From an uncultured bacterium (lineage in GTDB: Bacteria; Cyanobacteriota; Vampirovibrionia; Gastranaerophilales; Gastranaerophilaceae): DNA of 64,000 nt. Position 1 is the first letter of the stretch. Every line of letters begins with the position of its first letter. A program made the translations under genes and the position numbers. The stretch spans positions 6,740-70,739 of the forward strand of contig CASGEP010000001.1 of NCBI GenBank assembly GCA_949300515.1, given 5' to 3'. This document shows, one piece after another, positions 27,788 through 36,907 of the stretch. The notes under the pieces are model-generated. The model saw only the letters and a list, made by a program, of their open reading frames with translations, had not been told where the DNA came from and did not search any database.

Positions 27788-28840
27788 TTAATTATGAGTG
27801 TGATTTGTATGTTTGTCAATATTTTCGCCGTTTCTGTAGCCTATGGCACTTCTGTAGCCCGAAACAAGATACATAACGGGGAGCATCGGCTCTATCCACT
27901 TAACACCTGAGAGCACGCCTGCAGTTGCAATGTCATCCGTATGCAGTGCAATATCGAGCGGTTCGGGTTTTCTTAGCTCTTTTTTATTAGTGTTGTCTTT
28001 GTTGCAGCAAATTTTATTTATAATCGGATTTACGATTTTGTTTCCGATTTGATTTGCAATAAAACTGCCGCCCAGAACACCAACGGTAAGTATGCCGCTC
28101 AGGATTATCCCCGTCTTTTTAAGCGGGGTCAGCTGTTTGATTATACCCTTCTCGTTTAGTTTTTCAGCCGCAAATAAAAAGGTTCCCGCACCTACGTTAC
28201 ACAAAAATATGTTTGCAAAAAATTGATAAATTCCCTCTTTAATTTTATTTGTCGTTTTTTCCCTTGTTTGTTCACCCGTCAGTTTATCCGCCGCAATTCC
28301 GCCCGCAATCCCGCTTATTACGGGGATAAAACCCATTACAGAGAGCTTTGAAATTTCACCCATGATATTTTGCGATGTAATATTCTCCTTGTTTCCAAAC
28401 AACTTTTCAATAAGCTTTTGCGAGCCTGATTTGTCCTTAATTTCTGCAAGCAGAGTGTCGGTATCTTTAAGGCTTAACATCTTTGTTCTGGCTTTATTTA
28501 AAATGGCTGTTACATTTTCTTTCAGATTGGGGGTTAATTTTACAAAATCATCCACAGCCTGATTTTGCAGCCTTAAAAGCTCATCTTTAGGCACGCTTTC
28601 AATAAGCTTTTCGCCTTTAATCTTTATAAAATTAGTACCTAAAAGTGATGAGGCGGTAATTGTACCAAGAATTGCGGCGTTTTGTATTGCCCGTTTTTTC
28701 CTGTTTTCTTTTGGCTGCTCAAAAGTATCTTTAACACCGAAACCAAGAGCCGCGGTTGTTAATATAAGGGGCATATGTCTGCTTAAAGTGTTTGACAGTA
28801 ATGGCTGATCAAGAAATTTTCCCACTGATGATATTTTCAT
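27788..28840 (-). CDS. hypothetical membrane protein with His-rich C-terminus
   Basis: 350 aa with an N-terminal TM segment, a helical soluble segment, several G/A-rich TM segments and the C-terminal tail KHTNHTHN. It is the first gene after the DtxR-type operators. Confidence 0.6.
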   Translation of the reverse strand: MKISSVGKFLDQPLLSNTLSRHMPLILTTAALGFGVKDTFEQPKENRKKRAIQNAAILGTITASSLLGTNFIKIKGEKLIESVPKDELLRLQNQAVDDFVKLTPNLKENVTAILNKARTKMLSLKDTDTLLAEIKDKSGSQKLIEKLFGNKENITSQNIMGEISKLSVMGFIPVISGIAGGIAADKLTGEQTREKTTNKIKEGIYQFFANIFLCNVGAGTFLFAAEKLNEKGIIKQLTPLKKTGIILSGILTVGVLGGSFIANQIGNKIVNPIINKICCNKDNTNKKELRKPEPLDIALHTDDIATAGVLSGVKWIEPMLPVMYLVSGYRSAIGYRNGENIDKHTNHTHN

Positions 28841-28851
28841 TTTTTCTCCTG

Positions 28852-28889
28852 TTGTTAGTCATACCTAACATTTGTTAGACATGCCTAAC
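28852..28889. promoter_or_regulatory. two tandem palindromic operators (DtxR/MntR-type)
   Basis: TGTTAGtcatacCTAACA (28852-28869) and TGTTAGacatgcCTAACA (28872-28889), centres 20 bp apart. They overlap a candidate minus-strand promoter (TTGACA 28915-28910, 17-nt spacer, TATTGT 28892-28887). The half-sites resemble the DtxR iron-box GTTAG..CTAAC. Confidence 0.7.
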
Positions 28890-28930
28890 AATATTGCAAA
28901 CAAAAAACTTTGTCAATAGCAGAAAAAAAA

Positions 28931-30241
28931 TTACAGAGTAGTATTTTGTGCAATATCGTCGAGATTTTCCACATCAACCTCGCGCAGGAAGTTTATGTAG
29001 CAGGAATAATACTGGGCAAGAGCGTAGGTATAGCCGATAATAATCGACCTGAAAGACTGTTCTATAACGATAAGTGAAGTTAAATCATTTGTTTTGCCTT
29101 CTTCATAGTTCTTTTTAGATGTTTTCATCATAACTTTTGAATCTTCTATAAGGCTGTCGGTGTAGTAGTTCAGATTTACCCTTGCGTTTACAAGTTTCTC
29201 ATAAGCGCTGCTCAGGTTTGCAAACGCGTTGTTTTGAACAGCGGCGTATTTTAGCTCAGCCTTTTCAATTTCAAGCTTTGCATTTTTTATCTCGGGAGAA
29301 TAGTTGTACAAAAGAGGTATATTCGTAAGTCCCGCGCCGACATATGCGCCGTTCAGATACCTTCCCTCATCAGACACCCCGACGGGCTGAAACAGATAAC
29401 CCGCACCTATTTCTAAATCCGGTATTCTCTGACTTGTTGCAATTTTGAGATTGTTTTTTGCAACGTCAATTTCTTTTTGCGCAATTTTAAGGTCAAATCT
29501 GTGCTGCTCCGCAAGAGCCAGAATATCATTGAAAGAAGGAAGCGGAGATTTTGGCGAGGGGGTTAAAAGCTTTGTAAAGCCAGCATCATCGTCAAATGTT
29601 TCTACAATTGAATCATATATAGGGTCGGTATCCATAACACTGTTAAATTCAAAGCGTGCTGCCATAATGTTTGTGCGGGCAGTGTTAAGCTGTGTTTTAA
29701 CATGATTTAGAGAAATATTTGCCTGAATAACGTCTGTTTCAGTTGCTTTTCCTGCTTTGTATCTTAACTTAACAATTCTGTTTAATTCCGTCAGAGATTT
29801 TTCTTCCATCTCAAGCGACTCAACGATGGATTTAGCGCTTACAAGGTTAATATAAGCTTCTCTGACGTCCATTTTTAAATCAAAATTTTTATATTTTGCA
29901 TTTTCTTCACTTACGTTGTAGCTCGCCTGTGCGCTTTTTTTCCTGTATTTTCTTTTAAAGAGTTCAATAACCTGCGAAACACCTATTGAGTGAGGGTTTC
30001 CCGAGCCTGCTTCTCCCATATTCCAATATGTTGATATACTCGGGTTTTGCAGTCTGTTTGCTGCCTTTATTTGGTTTTTTGCTATCTGCACATCAATATT
30101 TTGAGCCTGCAGACCTATACTGTTATCTATGGCAATATTAATTGCTTCATCAAGCGTTATTTTTGCAATATCATCAATTGCAAATGAAGCTGTGCAAAAA
30201 AACAGTAATATTATAATTGTGAATGCGGCTTTAAAATTCAA
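28931..30241 (-). CDS. TolC-family outer membrane efflux protein
   Basis: Signal peptide MNFKAAFTIIILLFFCTASFA (TTG start). Two OEP-type repeats with the characteristic helical heptads. Confidence 0.82.
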   Translation of the reverse strand: MNFKAAFTIIILLFFCTASFAIDDIAKITLDEAINIAIDNSIGLQAQNIDVQIAKNQIKAANRLQNPSISTYWNMGEAGSGNPHSIGVSQVIELFKRKYRKKSAQASYNVSEENAKYKNFDLKMDVREAYINLVSAKSIVESLEMEEKSLTELNRIVKLRYKAGKATETDVIQANISLNHVKTQLNTARTNIMAARFEFNSVMDTDPIYDSIVETFDDDAGFTKLLTPSPKSPLPSFNDILALAEQHRFDLKIAQKEIDVAKNNLKIATSQRIPDLEIGAGYLFQPVGVSDEGRYLNGAYVGAGLTNIPLLYNYSPEIKNAKLEIEKAELKYAAVQNNAFANLSSAYEKLVNARVNLNYYTDSLIEDSKVMMKTSKKNYEEGKTNDLTSLIVIEQSFRSIIIGYTYALAQYYSCYINFLREVDVENLDDIAQNTTL

Positions 30242-30332
30242 CTTCTACTCTTTTTAAATTTGTACGCTTATATATAATAACATTAATATTAAGTTATGGC
30301 ATGTTTTTTGCAATTCTGATATTGTGAAATAC

Positions 30333-31691
30333 ATGAAAAGTTATGAAATCAGATTGTATTTTAGTGCCTTTATGGCGGCACTTGGCGGCTTATTATCAGG
30401 TTACGATACGGGTGTGATATCGGGCGCACTGCTCTATATTAATCAAACCTGGGATTTAAGTGTTTCACAGCAAGGTTTTCTTGTCAGCTCCGTATTAATA
30501 GGTGCACTTCTCGGCGCCGCCGCAAACGGTATTTTAGCGGATATATTCGGCAGAAAAAAAGTAATAATTGCAACATCCGTTATGTTTTTTGCAGGCTCAA
30601 TTTTCTGCGCTTTTGCGCAAAGTCCGCAGGCTCTTATATTATCAAGGATGTTTACGGGTTTTGCCGTCGGGGCAGTTAACTTTGCGGCACCTTTATATAT
30701 ATCCGAAGTTTCCCCGAAAGAAAAACGGGGTATGTTTGTGTCGCTGTTTCAGCTTGCAATAACGGCAGGCATACTGTTTTCATATCTTATTAACTCTGCT
30801 TTTGCAAACTTTGAACACTCATGGCGCCTTATGCTGGCGGCGGGTGTCGCACCTGCGGCGCTGCTTTTCCTTGGAATGCTGTTTTTGGATGACACACCGC
30901 GCTGGCTTGTCCTAAAAGGCAGAGATGACGAAGCAAAAGAAGCCTTTAGAAAAATTCAGGGCGACATTGATATTGACTCTGAAATAATGGAGATAAAAAA
31001 ATCTTTTGAAACAAAAGATACGGATAAATTTAAGTTTAAAAAATGGCTCATTATGCCTTTTGTTGTAGGTATCGGCATAATGTTTGCCCAGATTTGCACC
31101 GGGGTAAATACCATTATATACTATGCCCCTACCATATTTAAGCTTGCAGGCTTTAACAGTAATCAAAGTGCTATTTATGCCACAAGCTTAATCGGCATTG
31201 TGAATTTTCTTATGACTTTTGTTGCAATTGCATACAGTGACAAAATAGGAAGAAAACCGCTTTTATATATGGGCTTAACGGGTGTAATGCTTAGCCTTAT
31301 TGTTATGAGCTGCGTTTTTGCATTTGCTTCTTCCCTTGGCGACTGCATAAAATGGTTTGCCGTTGGCAGTCTGCTTTTCTACATTATCTGCTTTGCCTTT
31401 AGCCTCGGCCCAATCGGGATGACACTGATTTCGGAAGTATTTCCGCTAAAAGTGCGCGGGGTCGGCATGAGTATTTGCATGGTTTCAAACTTCGTGTTTA
31501 ATTTTATAATCACATACTCATTTCCGATTATGCTCAAAAACACGGGTGCTGCAAATACGTTTATGATATTTGTTATAATATGTATAATATGTCTGTTCTT
31601 TGTTTACTTTTTTGTTCCCGAAACAAAAGGTATTGCGCTTGAGCAAATTGAAGAAAACTGGAAAAGCGGCGTGCGTGCAAGAGATTTTTAA
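30333..31691 (+). CDS. sugar porter family MFS transporter
   Basis: Sugar-porter motifs GRKK, DDTPRWLVLKGR and PETKG. A GTG at 30324 is an alternative start. Confidence 0.85.
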   Translation: MKSYEIRLYFSAFMAALGGLLSGYDTGVISGALLYINQTWDLSVSQQGFLVSSVLIGALLGAAANGILADIFGRKKVIIATSVMFFAGSIFCAFAQSPQALILSRMFTGFAVGAVNFAAPLYISEVSPKEKRGMFVSLFQLAITAGILFSYLINSAFANFEHSWRLMLAAGVAPAALLFLGMLFLDDTPRWLVLKGRDDEAKEAFRKIQGDIDIDSEIMEIKKSFETKDTDKFKFKKWLIMPFVVGIGIMFAQICTGVNTIIYYAPTIFKLAGFNSNQSAIYATSLIGIVNFLMTFVAIAYSDKIGRKPLLYMGLTGVMLSLIVMSCVFAFASSLGDCIKWFAVGSLLFYIICFAFSLGPIGMTLISEVFPLKVRGVGMSICMVSNFVFNFIITYSFPIMLKNTGAANTFMIFVIICIICLFFVYFFVPETKGIALEQIEENWKSGVRARDF

Positions 31692-32998
31692 ATATATTCA
31701 CTGCTAAACTTCCATGCCCTGAGTGTCTTTGAAAAGTAGTCAGGTTTAAGCCCGGCTTTTTGTTTTAGTGAATTTAAAAAGAATTTTTTATCGCCAATCT
31801 GTTCCCATACGCTTGGCAGATAAAGCGCGCGGTATTTACCGTCCTGTATAATTAAGCCGTCCTTATAAGGCACAAGCCGGGCAAGCAGGTCGTCTTCATC
31901 CGTGAAGGTCATTTCACAAGGCTCGCTCAAAAGCGAAATTTTAATATCGATTTGCAAAAGCTCCGACTCCTGAAGCGGGGGAAACCTTCTATCCGAATAT
32001 GCACTAAAATATGCATTTTGAACTAAATCTAAAATCAGGGGTCTGTGCGCAACGGATGAACCTATACAACCCCTCAGCCTGTTATTTTTCTCTAACGTAA
32101 CAAAACTTGCGCCCTGCTGGTCAAGCACCTGCGGATAATTATCAAGAGATATTTTTCCCTTATTTTTAATTGACTGAAATGCGATATCTTTAAGCATATT
32201 TCCAAAATACTTTGCAATATATGAGTTTTTATCCCCTTCATACAACAACCATGCACCATAGCCCACAACTTTTGAGTCATCTTTTGTCACAAGCGACGAA
32301 TTTCGCATATCAAGCCGTATAAAAGAATATTTCATTTCATCAGCAAACTTAAGGACAGCATTGATTGAAGCGGCGCCGCAGGCTTGCTCGGGGTGAAATT
32401 GTTTATAATCGTTTGATTCTATCATCTGAGCGGTAACTTCATCAATTTTCTTCGCCTGCGAATTGTTCAGATAATGACTCAAATCGCTTGATACAACAAA
32501 AGAACAGCTGCTATCTTCCCAATAATCGGATATGATTTTATTAACGGCATCCGCACCTTTGTGACCGACTAAAACGGGAATAATTTTAAAGTTTTTGTGC
32601 AAATACTGTAAAATAGGGAGCTGCACCTCAATGGCATGTTCTCCTTCAAAGTTATTATTACTTACTTCAAGCCCGAGGGCTGATATTATATCCTTATTCA
32701 GCTCAATTTCACCCAGAGGCGTAAGAAAAGAGTCATAATCACAAACAACGGCTGTGCTTGTGTACACCTTATGCGCGGGAGAAAATATAAAAATGTTTTC
32801 GCCTTTTATGTGTTTTAAAGCCTTAAAGGCGCATGCTGCAGAGTATCTGTAACCAGCATGCGGTGAAATTACAAGCCTTGATAAATAATCCGAGTCAAAA
32901 GATGTCTCACTATCATATATTTTAAATAAATTCAAAAGTTCATCTTTGCCGTCAGGATAAAACATGCCTGCAACAGAAGGGGTTTTTACTTTTTTCAT
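31688..32998 (-). CDS. AmmeMemoRadiSam system fusion protein (Memo-like protein B fused to AMMECR1 protein A)
   Basis: The N-terminus PSVAGMFYP...SPHAGYRYS...SSDLSHY is Memo-like. The C-terminus GASFVTLEKNNRLRGCIGS...LPSVWEQ is AMMECR1-like. Divergent from the cognate radical SAM gene. Confidence 0.85.
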   Translation of the reverse strand: MKKVKTPSVAGMFYPDGKDELLNLFKIYDSETSFDSDYLSRLVISPHAGYRYSAACAFKALKHIKGENIFIFSPAHKVYTSTAVVCDYDSFLTPLGEIELNKDIISALGLEVSNNNFEGEHAIEVQLPILQYLHKNFKIIPVLVGHKGADAVNKIISDYWEDSSCSFVVSSDLSHYLNNSQAKKIDEVTAQMIESNDYKQFHPEQACGAASINAVLKFADEMKYSFIRLDMRNSSLVTKDDSKVVGYGAWLLYEGDKNSYIAKYFGNMLKDIAFQSIKNKGKISLDNYPQVLDQQGASFVTLEKNNRLRGCIGSSVAHRPLILDLVQNAYFSAYSDRRFPPLQESELLQIDIKISLLSEPCEMTFTDEDDLLARLVPYKDGLIIQDGKYRALYLPSVWEQIGDKKFFLNSLKQKAGLKPDYFSKTLRAWKFSSEYI

Positions 32999-33039
32999 AA
33001 ATTCTCCGCGATTTTTATAATATCAATTATAATATATTT

Positions 33040-34041
33040 ATGGAGTATTTTACAAAGTATAATGACGAGATTTTAATATGCGATGTGTGCCCGAGGCATT
33101 GCAGACTCAGAAAGGGACAGAGCGGATTTTGCCGCGTAAGGCAAAACACGGGCGAAAAGATAGAACTTGCATCGCGCGGGCATATCACGGGTCTTGCAAT
33201 AGACCCGATTGAAAAAAAGCCCCTGTACCATTTTTTCCCTTCCTCAAAAGTTCTGTCTTTTGGTACGTACGGGTGCAATATGGGCTGCAGATTTTGTCAG
33301 AATTACCACATAACAAAAACACGCAAAGACCCCTTTCAGCTGCCAAAAGTGTCGCCAAAATACATTGTTGAAACCGCAAAAAAATACAACTGCAAAAGTA
33401 TAGCCTTTACATATAACGACCCTGTTATATTTTTTGACTTTGCAAAAGATGTTGCACAAATTGCAAAAAAAGAGGGTATTTACAGCGTTGCCGTAAGTGC
33501 GGGCTACGCGTGCGAGTGTGTAAGAGAAGATTTATTTTGCGAAATGGATGCGCTAAACATAGACCTGAAGTCTTTTTCTAATGATTTTTACGGGAAAAAC
33601 TGCTTTGCAAACCTTGATGTCGTACTTGAAACGATTAAATTTATACACAATAAAACAAACGCCCACCTTGAACTCACTACATTACTGATTGAAGGAGAAA
33701 ATGACTCCAATGACGAGATTGAAGCAATGTGCGGCTGGCTTGTAAAAAATATAGGCAAAGATGTTCCTCTGCACTTTAGCGCTTTTCATGGCGCCTATAA
33801 GTTTGAAAACAAAAAACGTACTTCGCTTGAAACGCTGCTTAGAGCATATAATATCGCGCGCGCCTCAGGCATTAACTACGTTTACATCGGAAATGTAAAC
33901 AACAGCGAAACATCCTGCACATACTGTAAAAACTGCGGCGAAAAACTTATTGAGCGTGAGGGATACAGGATTATAAACCGTAATCTTGATAATCTCTCAC
34001 GCTGCAAAAAGTGTCTTTCTAAACTCGACGGCAGATTTTAG
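33040..34041 (+). CDS. AmmeMemoRadiSam system radical SAM enzyme
   Basis: Contains CDVCPRHC, the radical SAM motif GCNMGCRFCQN and a C-terminal Cys cluster CTYCKNCG...CKKC. Confidence 0.85.
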   Translation: MEYFTKYNDEILICDVCPRHCRLRKGQSGFCRVRQNTGEKIELASRGHITGLAIDPIEKKPLYHFFPSSKVLSFGTYGCNMGCRFCQNYHITKTRKDPFQLPKVSPKYIVETAKKYNCKSIAFTYNDPVIFFDFAKDVAQIAKKEGIYSVAVSAGYACECVREDLFCEMDALNIDLKSFSNDFYGKNCFANLDVVLETIKFIHNKTNAHLELTTLLIEGENDSNDEIEAMCGWLVKNIGKDVPLHFSAFHGAYKFENKKRTSLETLLRAYNIARASGINYVYIGNVNNSETSCTYCKNCGEKLIEREGYRIINRNLDNLSRCKKCLSKLDGRF

Positions 34042-35487
34042 TTACACAATAGGCTTTGAGTCCTTTGTAAACTCGTTAATAGCCTTTGTTGCCGTCCTTA
34101 CATTGCTGATACAGTCGTTACCGCCGACACAGCCGCCTTCACAGCACATGACCTCAATTAAATTACCGAATTCGCACTCGCCTTTTTTGGCAAAACCTTT
34201 AAGTGCCCTTATTGATTCTTTGTTTATACCGTTTACAAGGTAAGGTTTAATTTCGCTTTTGCCGTTATCTGCAGCTTCAACGGATTTTGCAACACCGCCC
34301 GTTATACCGAAATTCCTTCCTTCGCGCGACGGTTCAACCTCATATTGAGTGCCTTCAAGCTCACTCAGTTCAATTTTGTGCGCCACAAACAGTGCGCCCA
34401 ACTCCTCATAGTTCATAACATAGTCTATATTATCATTTTTAAGAGCTTCACTCTTTTTTGCCACACAGGGAGAAATAAACACACTGATTGCATCAGGGTA
34501 TTTCTCTTTGCAAATTTGCGCAATATAGTAAGCGGGCGTTTTAGTTTCCGATCTGAAAGGTGCAATTTCGCCCAGGTGTTTATCAACAAGATTATTATAG
34601 CCGGCACAGCATGAGGTTGTCATAAACTTCTGACCGTTTTCAATTCTTTCCCTGAATTCCTCAGCCTCATTCAGCGCCGTAACGTCCGCACCTTGAGCAA
34701 CTTCAAGTACATCGTAAAATCCGCATTTTAAAAGCGCCGTTTTCAGCTGATAAATTGTACAAGGAAGCTGTCCCACAATGGAGGGAGCAATCATTGCCAC
34801 AACTTTTTTACCCTGTTTAATTCTTGTCAGGATGTCAATTATCTGGCTTTTTTCATGTATTGCGCCAAACGGACATGAACTTACGCACTTGCCGCAGGTT
34901 ATACATTTTTCAAAGTCTATCCTTGCATGTCCCTGTTCATCTTTTGAAATAGCATCCACGGGACATGCGTTTTCACATGGCACAACGATTTTTACAATTG
35001 CATGATATGGGCAGACCTGAATGCATTTTGTACAGTTTTTACATTTAGAGCTGTCAATCTGTGATTTACCGTTAACAATTGATATTGCGCCGAATTTACA
35101 ATTTTCAATACACGGGCGCGCAACACAGCCCTGACACAAATCCGTTACAAAAATTCTGTTTGGAACACAGCCCTTGCATGCCGATTCAAGCACAGTCAGA
35201 GTTTGCTCATCCGGTTTTTCACGCTTTTGTGCTTCTTTTGCATAGTTTGAAAGCAAAACTCTCTCGTCCGAACCTTCAATTGGAAAACCCAAAGTCGCAA
35301 TTATTCTGTTTCTTAAAATTTCTCTTTCTTTATATATACAACACCTGTAGGGCACCTCATGTCCCTTAGGGCGCATTTCAAAAGGTATTAATCTTGTATT
35401 TTCTTCAAAATTGTCTGATAAAAACGCTTTTATTGTTTTAACCAAAATTTCTTTCTTTAAATGTGTTGCCTGATTATTCTTGTCCAT
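34042..35487 (-). CDS. [FeFe] hydrogenase, group B-like, with N-terminal multi-[4Fe-4S] ferredoxin domains
   Basis: H-cluster motifs are TTSCCAGY (L1, Ala in place of the usual Pro), SPCVAKKSE (L2) and EVMCCEGGCVGG (L3). Several CxxCxxCxxxCP motifs lie upstream. Confidence 0.8.
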   Translation of the reverse strand: MDKNNQATHLKKEILVKTIKAFLSDNFEENTRLIPFEMRPKGHEVPYRCCIYKEREILRNRIIATLGFPIEGSDERVLLSNYAKEAQKREKPDEQTLTVLESACKGCVPNRIFVTDLCQGCVARPCIENCKFGAISIVNGKSQIDSSKCKNCTKCIQVCPYHAIVKIVVPCENACPVDAISKDEQGHARIDFEKCITCGKCVSSCPFGAIHEKSQIIDILTRIKQGKKVVAMIAPSIVGQLPCTIYQLKTALLKCGFYDVLEVAQGADVTALNEAEEFRERIENGQKFMTTSCCAGYNNLVDKHLGEIAPFRSETKTPAYYIAQICKEKYPDAISVFISPCVAKKSEALKNDNIDYVMNYEELGALFVAHKIELSELEGTQYEVEPSREGRNFGITGGVAKSVEAADNGKSEIKPYLVNGINKESIRALKGFAKKGECEFGNLIEVMCCEGGCVGGNDCISNVRTATKAINEFTKDSKPIV

Positions 35488-35737
35488 TATTCAACTTTCT
35501 CTCAATCGCTTCCATAACTTTCTCAATTGTTGCTTTATTTATAACTTCATCATCTACCAATACATAAGGAGCCTGCGCTTCGGAGCAGCTTGAACAGTAG
35601 TCAAGACACGTTACACCCTGGATGTCAACACTGTTGCCAAATTTTTTAGGGATAATCTCTTCCAGCTCTTGCAGTTCGGACGCACCCATTACAAAACAGG
35701 TTGTACCCATACATATTTTAACAACGGTTTTTTTCAT
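35474..35737 (-). CDS. thioredoxin-like [2Fe-2S] ferredoxin (NuoE-fold, small)
   Basis: 87 aa with four Cys in the pattern CMGTTC...CLDYCSSC. Confidence 0.7.
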   Translation of the reverse strand: MKKTVVKICMGTTCFVMGASELQELEEIIPKKFGNSVDIQGVTCLDYCSSCSEAQAPYVLVDDEVINKATIEKVMEAIERKLNNGQE

Positions 35738-35746
35738 TTCATCTCC

Positions 35747-36907
35747 TTATATATATCGAACGGTGACTTTCTTAATATACTTGTTTTCAAGAATTTTTGC
35801 CATCTTTTTTATAATATTCTTGCGAATTTCAATTTCAATCGGCAAATTGGGATCGTAATGTGCCTGATTTAATTTTGCACCAACCATAAATTCAATGCAA
35901 TCACTACTAAGTAAAAATTGCATTAAATCATACGCGGCATTTTTTTCTTTGTCGTTAAAGCCGTTTTCAAGATATTCATACGTTTTTGTAAGCGTTAAAA
36001 TACCCTCCGTAACAAGGTCAACACCTTCCATTTGCGACACGGCGGGCAATTTCCCGACACTCCTTACATTATTATAAACGGGAATATTAAGTTCCCGCGA
36101 TATTAAATTAGCCGTGGTGCCGCCGCAAATAGCCTTTTTGGCATCCGAATTATAGAATTCATGCGCATATTCGTTGTCTTTTTCCTGATGATAAGGAGGA
36201 CCCGTGAAAATCAAAGCGCGGCGGGGTTCTCTGTAGTATATCACACAGCAGGAAGTGTCGTCTTTTGCCTTTCTGTCGGCTTCCGTGTTAAGTGCAACCC
36301 TGACTACAAACTTTGCAAGCTCGCTGCTTGAAATGTCGGGCGTATCGTTAATTTTCTCAAGTAAAAATCTTATTAAACCGCTTCGCCTCAATCCGAGTTT
36401 TAACTCGGGGCTGCCAAGACCCGCCTGTGTTACGCCGTCCGAGCAAAATATGAGCCTGTCGCCCAATTTCAACTGCAGCTTATACACTCTCATATGCCTG
36501 TTTGTAAAAGTGTCCGAATCAATAACCGTGTAGGGCGGCTCAACAACATTGTTTCCGCTTATATATACAAAATTGGGGTTGCCTTCTTCTACAATTCTTA
36601 CCTCGCCGTCCTCGCTGCAGTGCGCAACTGAAAAAGTTGAGTAGCTTATCTTGCGCACTTTGCAAACAGGCAGAGAGTTCATAATAACTTCACATGCAGT
36701 TTTAATGTCAGCACCTGCTTCAACAAATTTTAAAAGCATGGTTGCCGTCATTGTAGCCAAAATATTTGCTTTTATTCCGCTGCCTAAACCGTCTGACAGA
36801 ACGGCAATCAAATCCCCGCTTTGCGGATATCTTTTAGATAAAAAGTAATCTCCGTAAGTATTTTGGTTGTATTTTTTCTCTTGTGCACAGTCAATGTCTA
36901 TAAACAT
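35747..36907 (-). CDS. SpoIIE/PP2C-family serine phosphatase
   Basis: LSDGLGSGIKANILATM...FCSDGVTQAG fits the PPM/SpoIIE pattern. The start overlaps the hydS stop. Confidence 0.8.
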   Translation of the reverse strand: MFIDIDCAQEKKYNQNTYGDYFLSKRYPQSGDLIAVLSDGLGSGIKANILATMTATMLLKFVEAGADIKTACEVIMNSLPVCKVRKISYSTFSVAHCSEDGEVRIVEEGNPNFVYISGNNVVEPPYTVIDSDTFTNRHMRVYKLQLKLGDRLIFCSDGVTQAGLGSPELKLGLRRSGLIRFLLEKINDTPDISSSELAKFVVRVALNTEADRKAKDDTSCCVIYYREPRRALIFTGPPYHQEKDNEYAHEFYNSDAKKAICGGTTANLISRELNIPVYNNVRSVGKLPAVSQMEGVDLVTEGILTLTKTYEYLENGFNDKEKNAAYDLMQFLLSSDCIEFMVGAKLNQAHYDPNLPIEIEIRKNIIKKMAKILENKYIKKVTVRYI

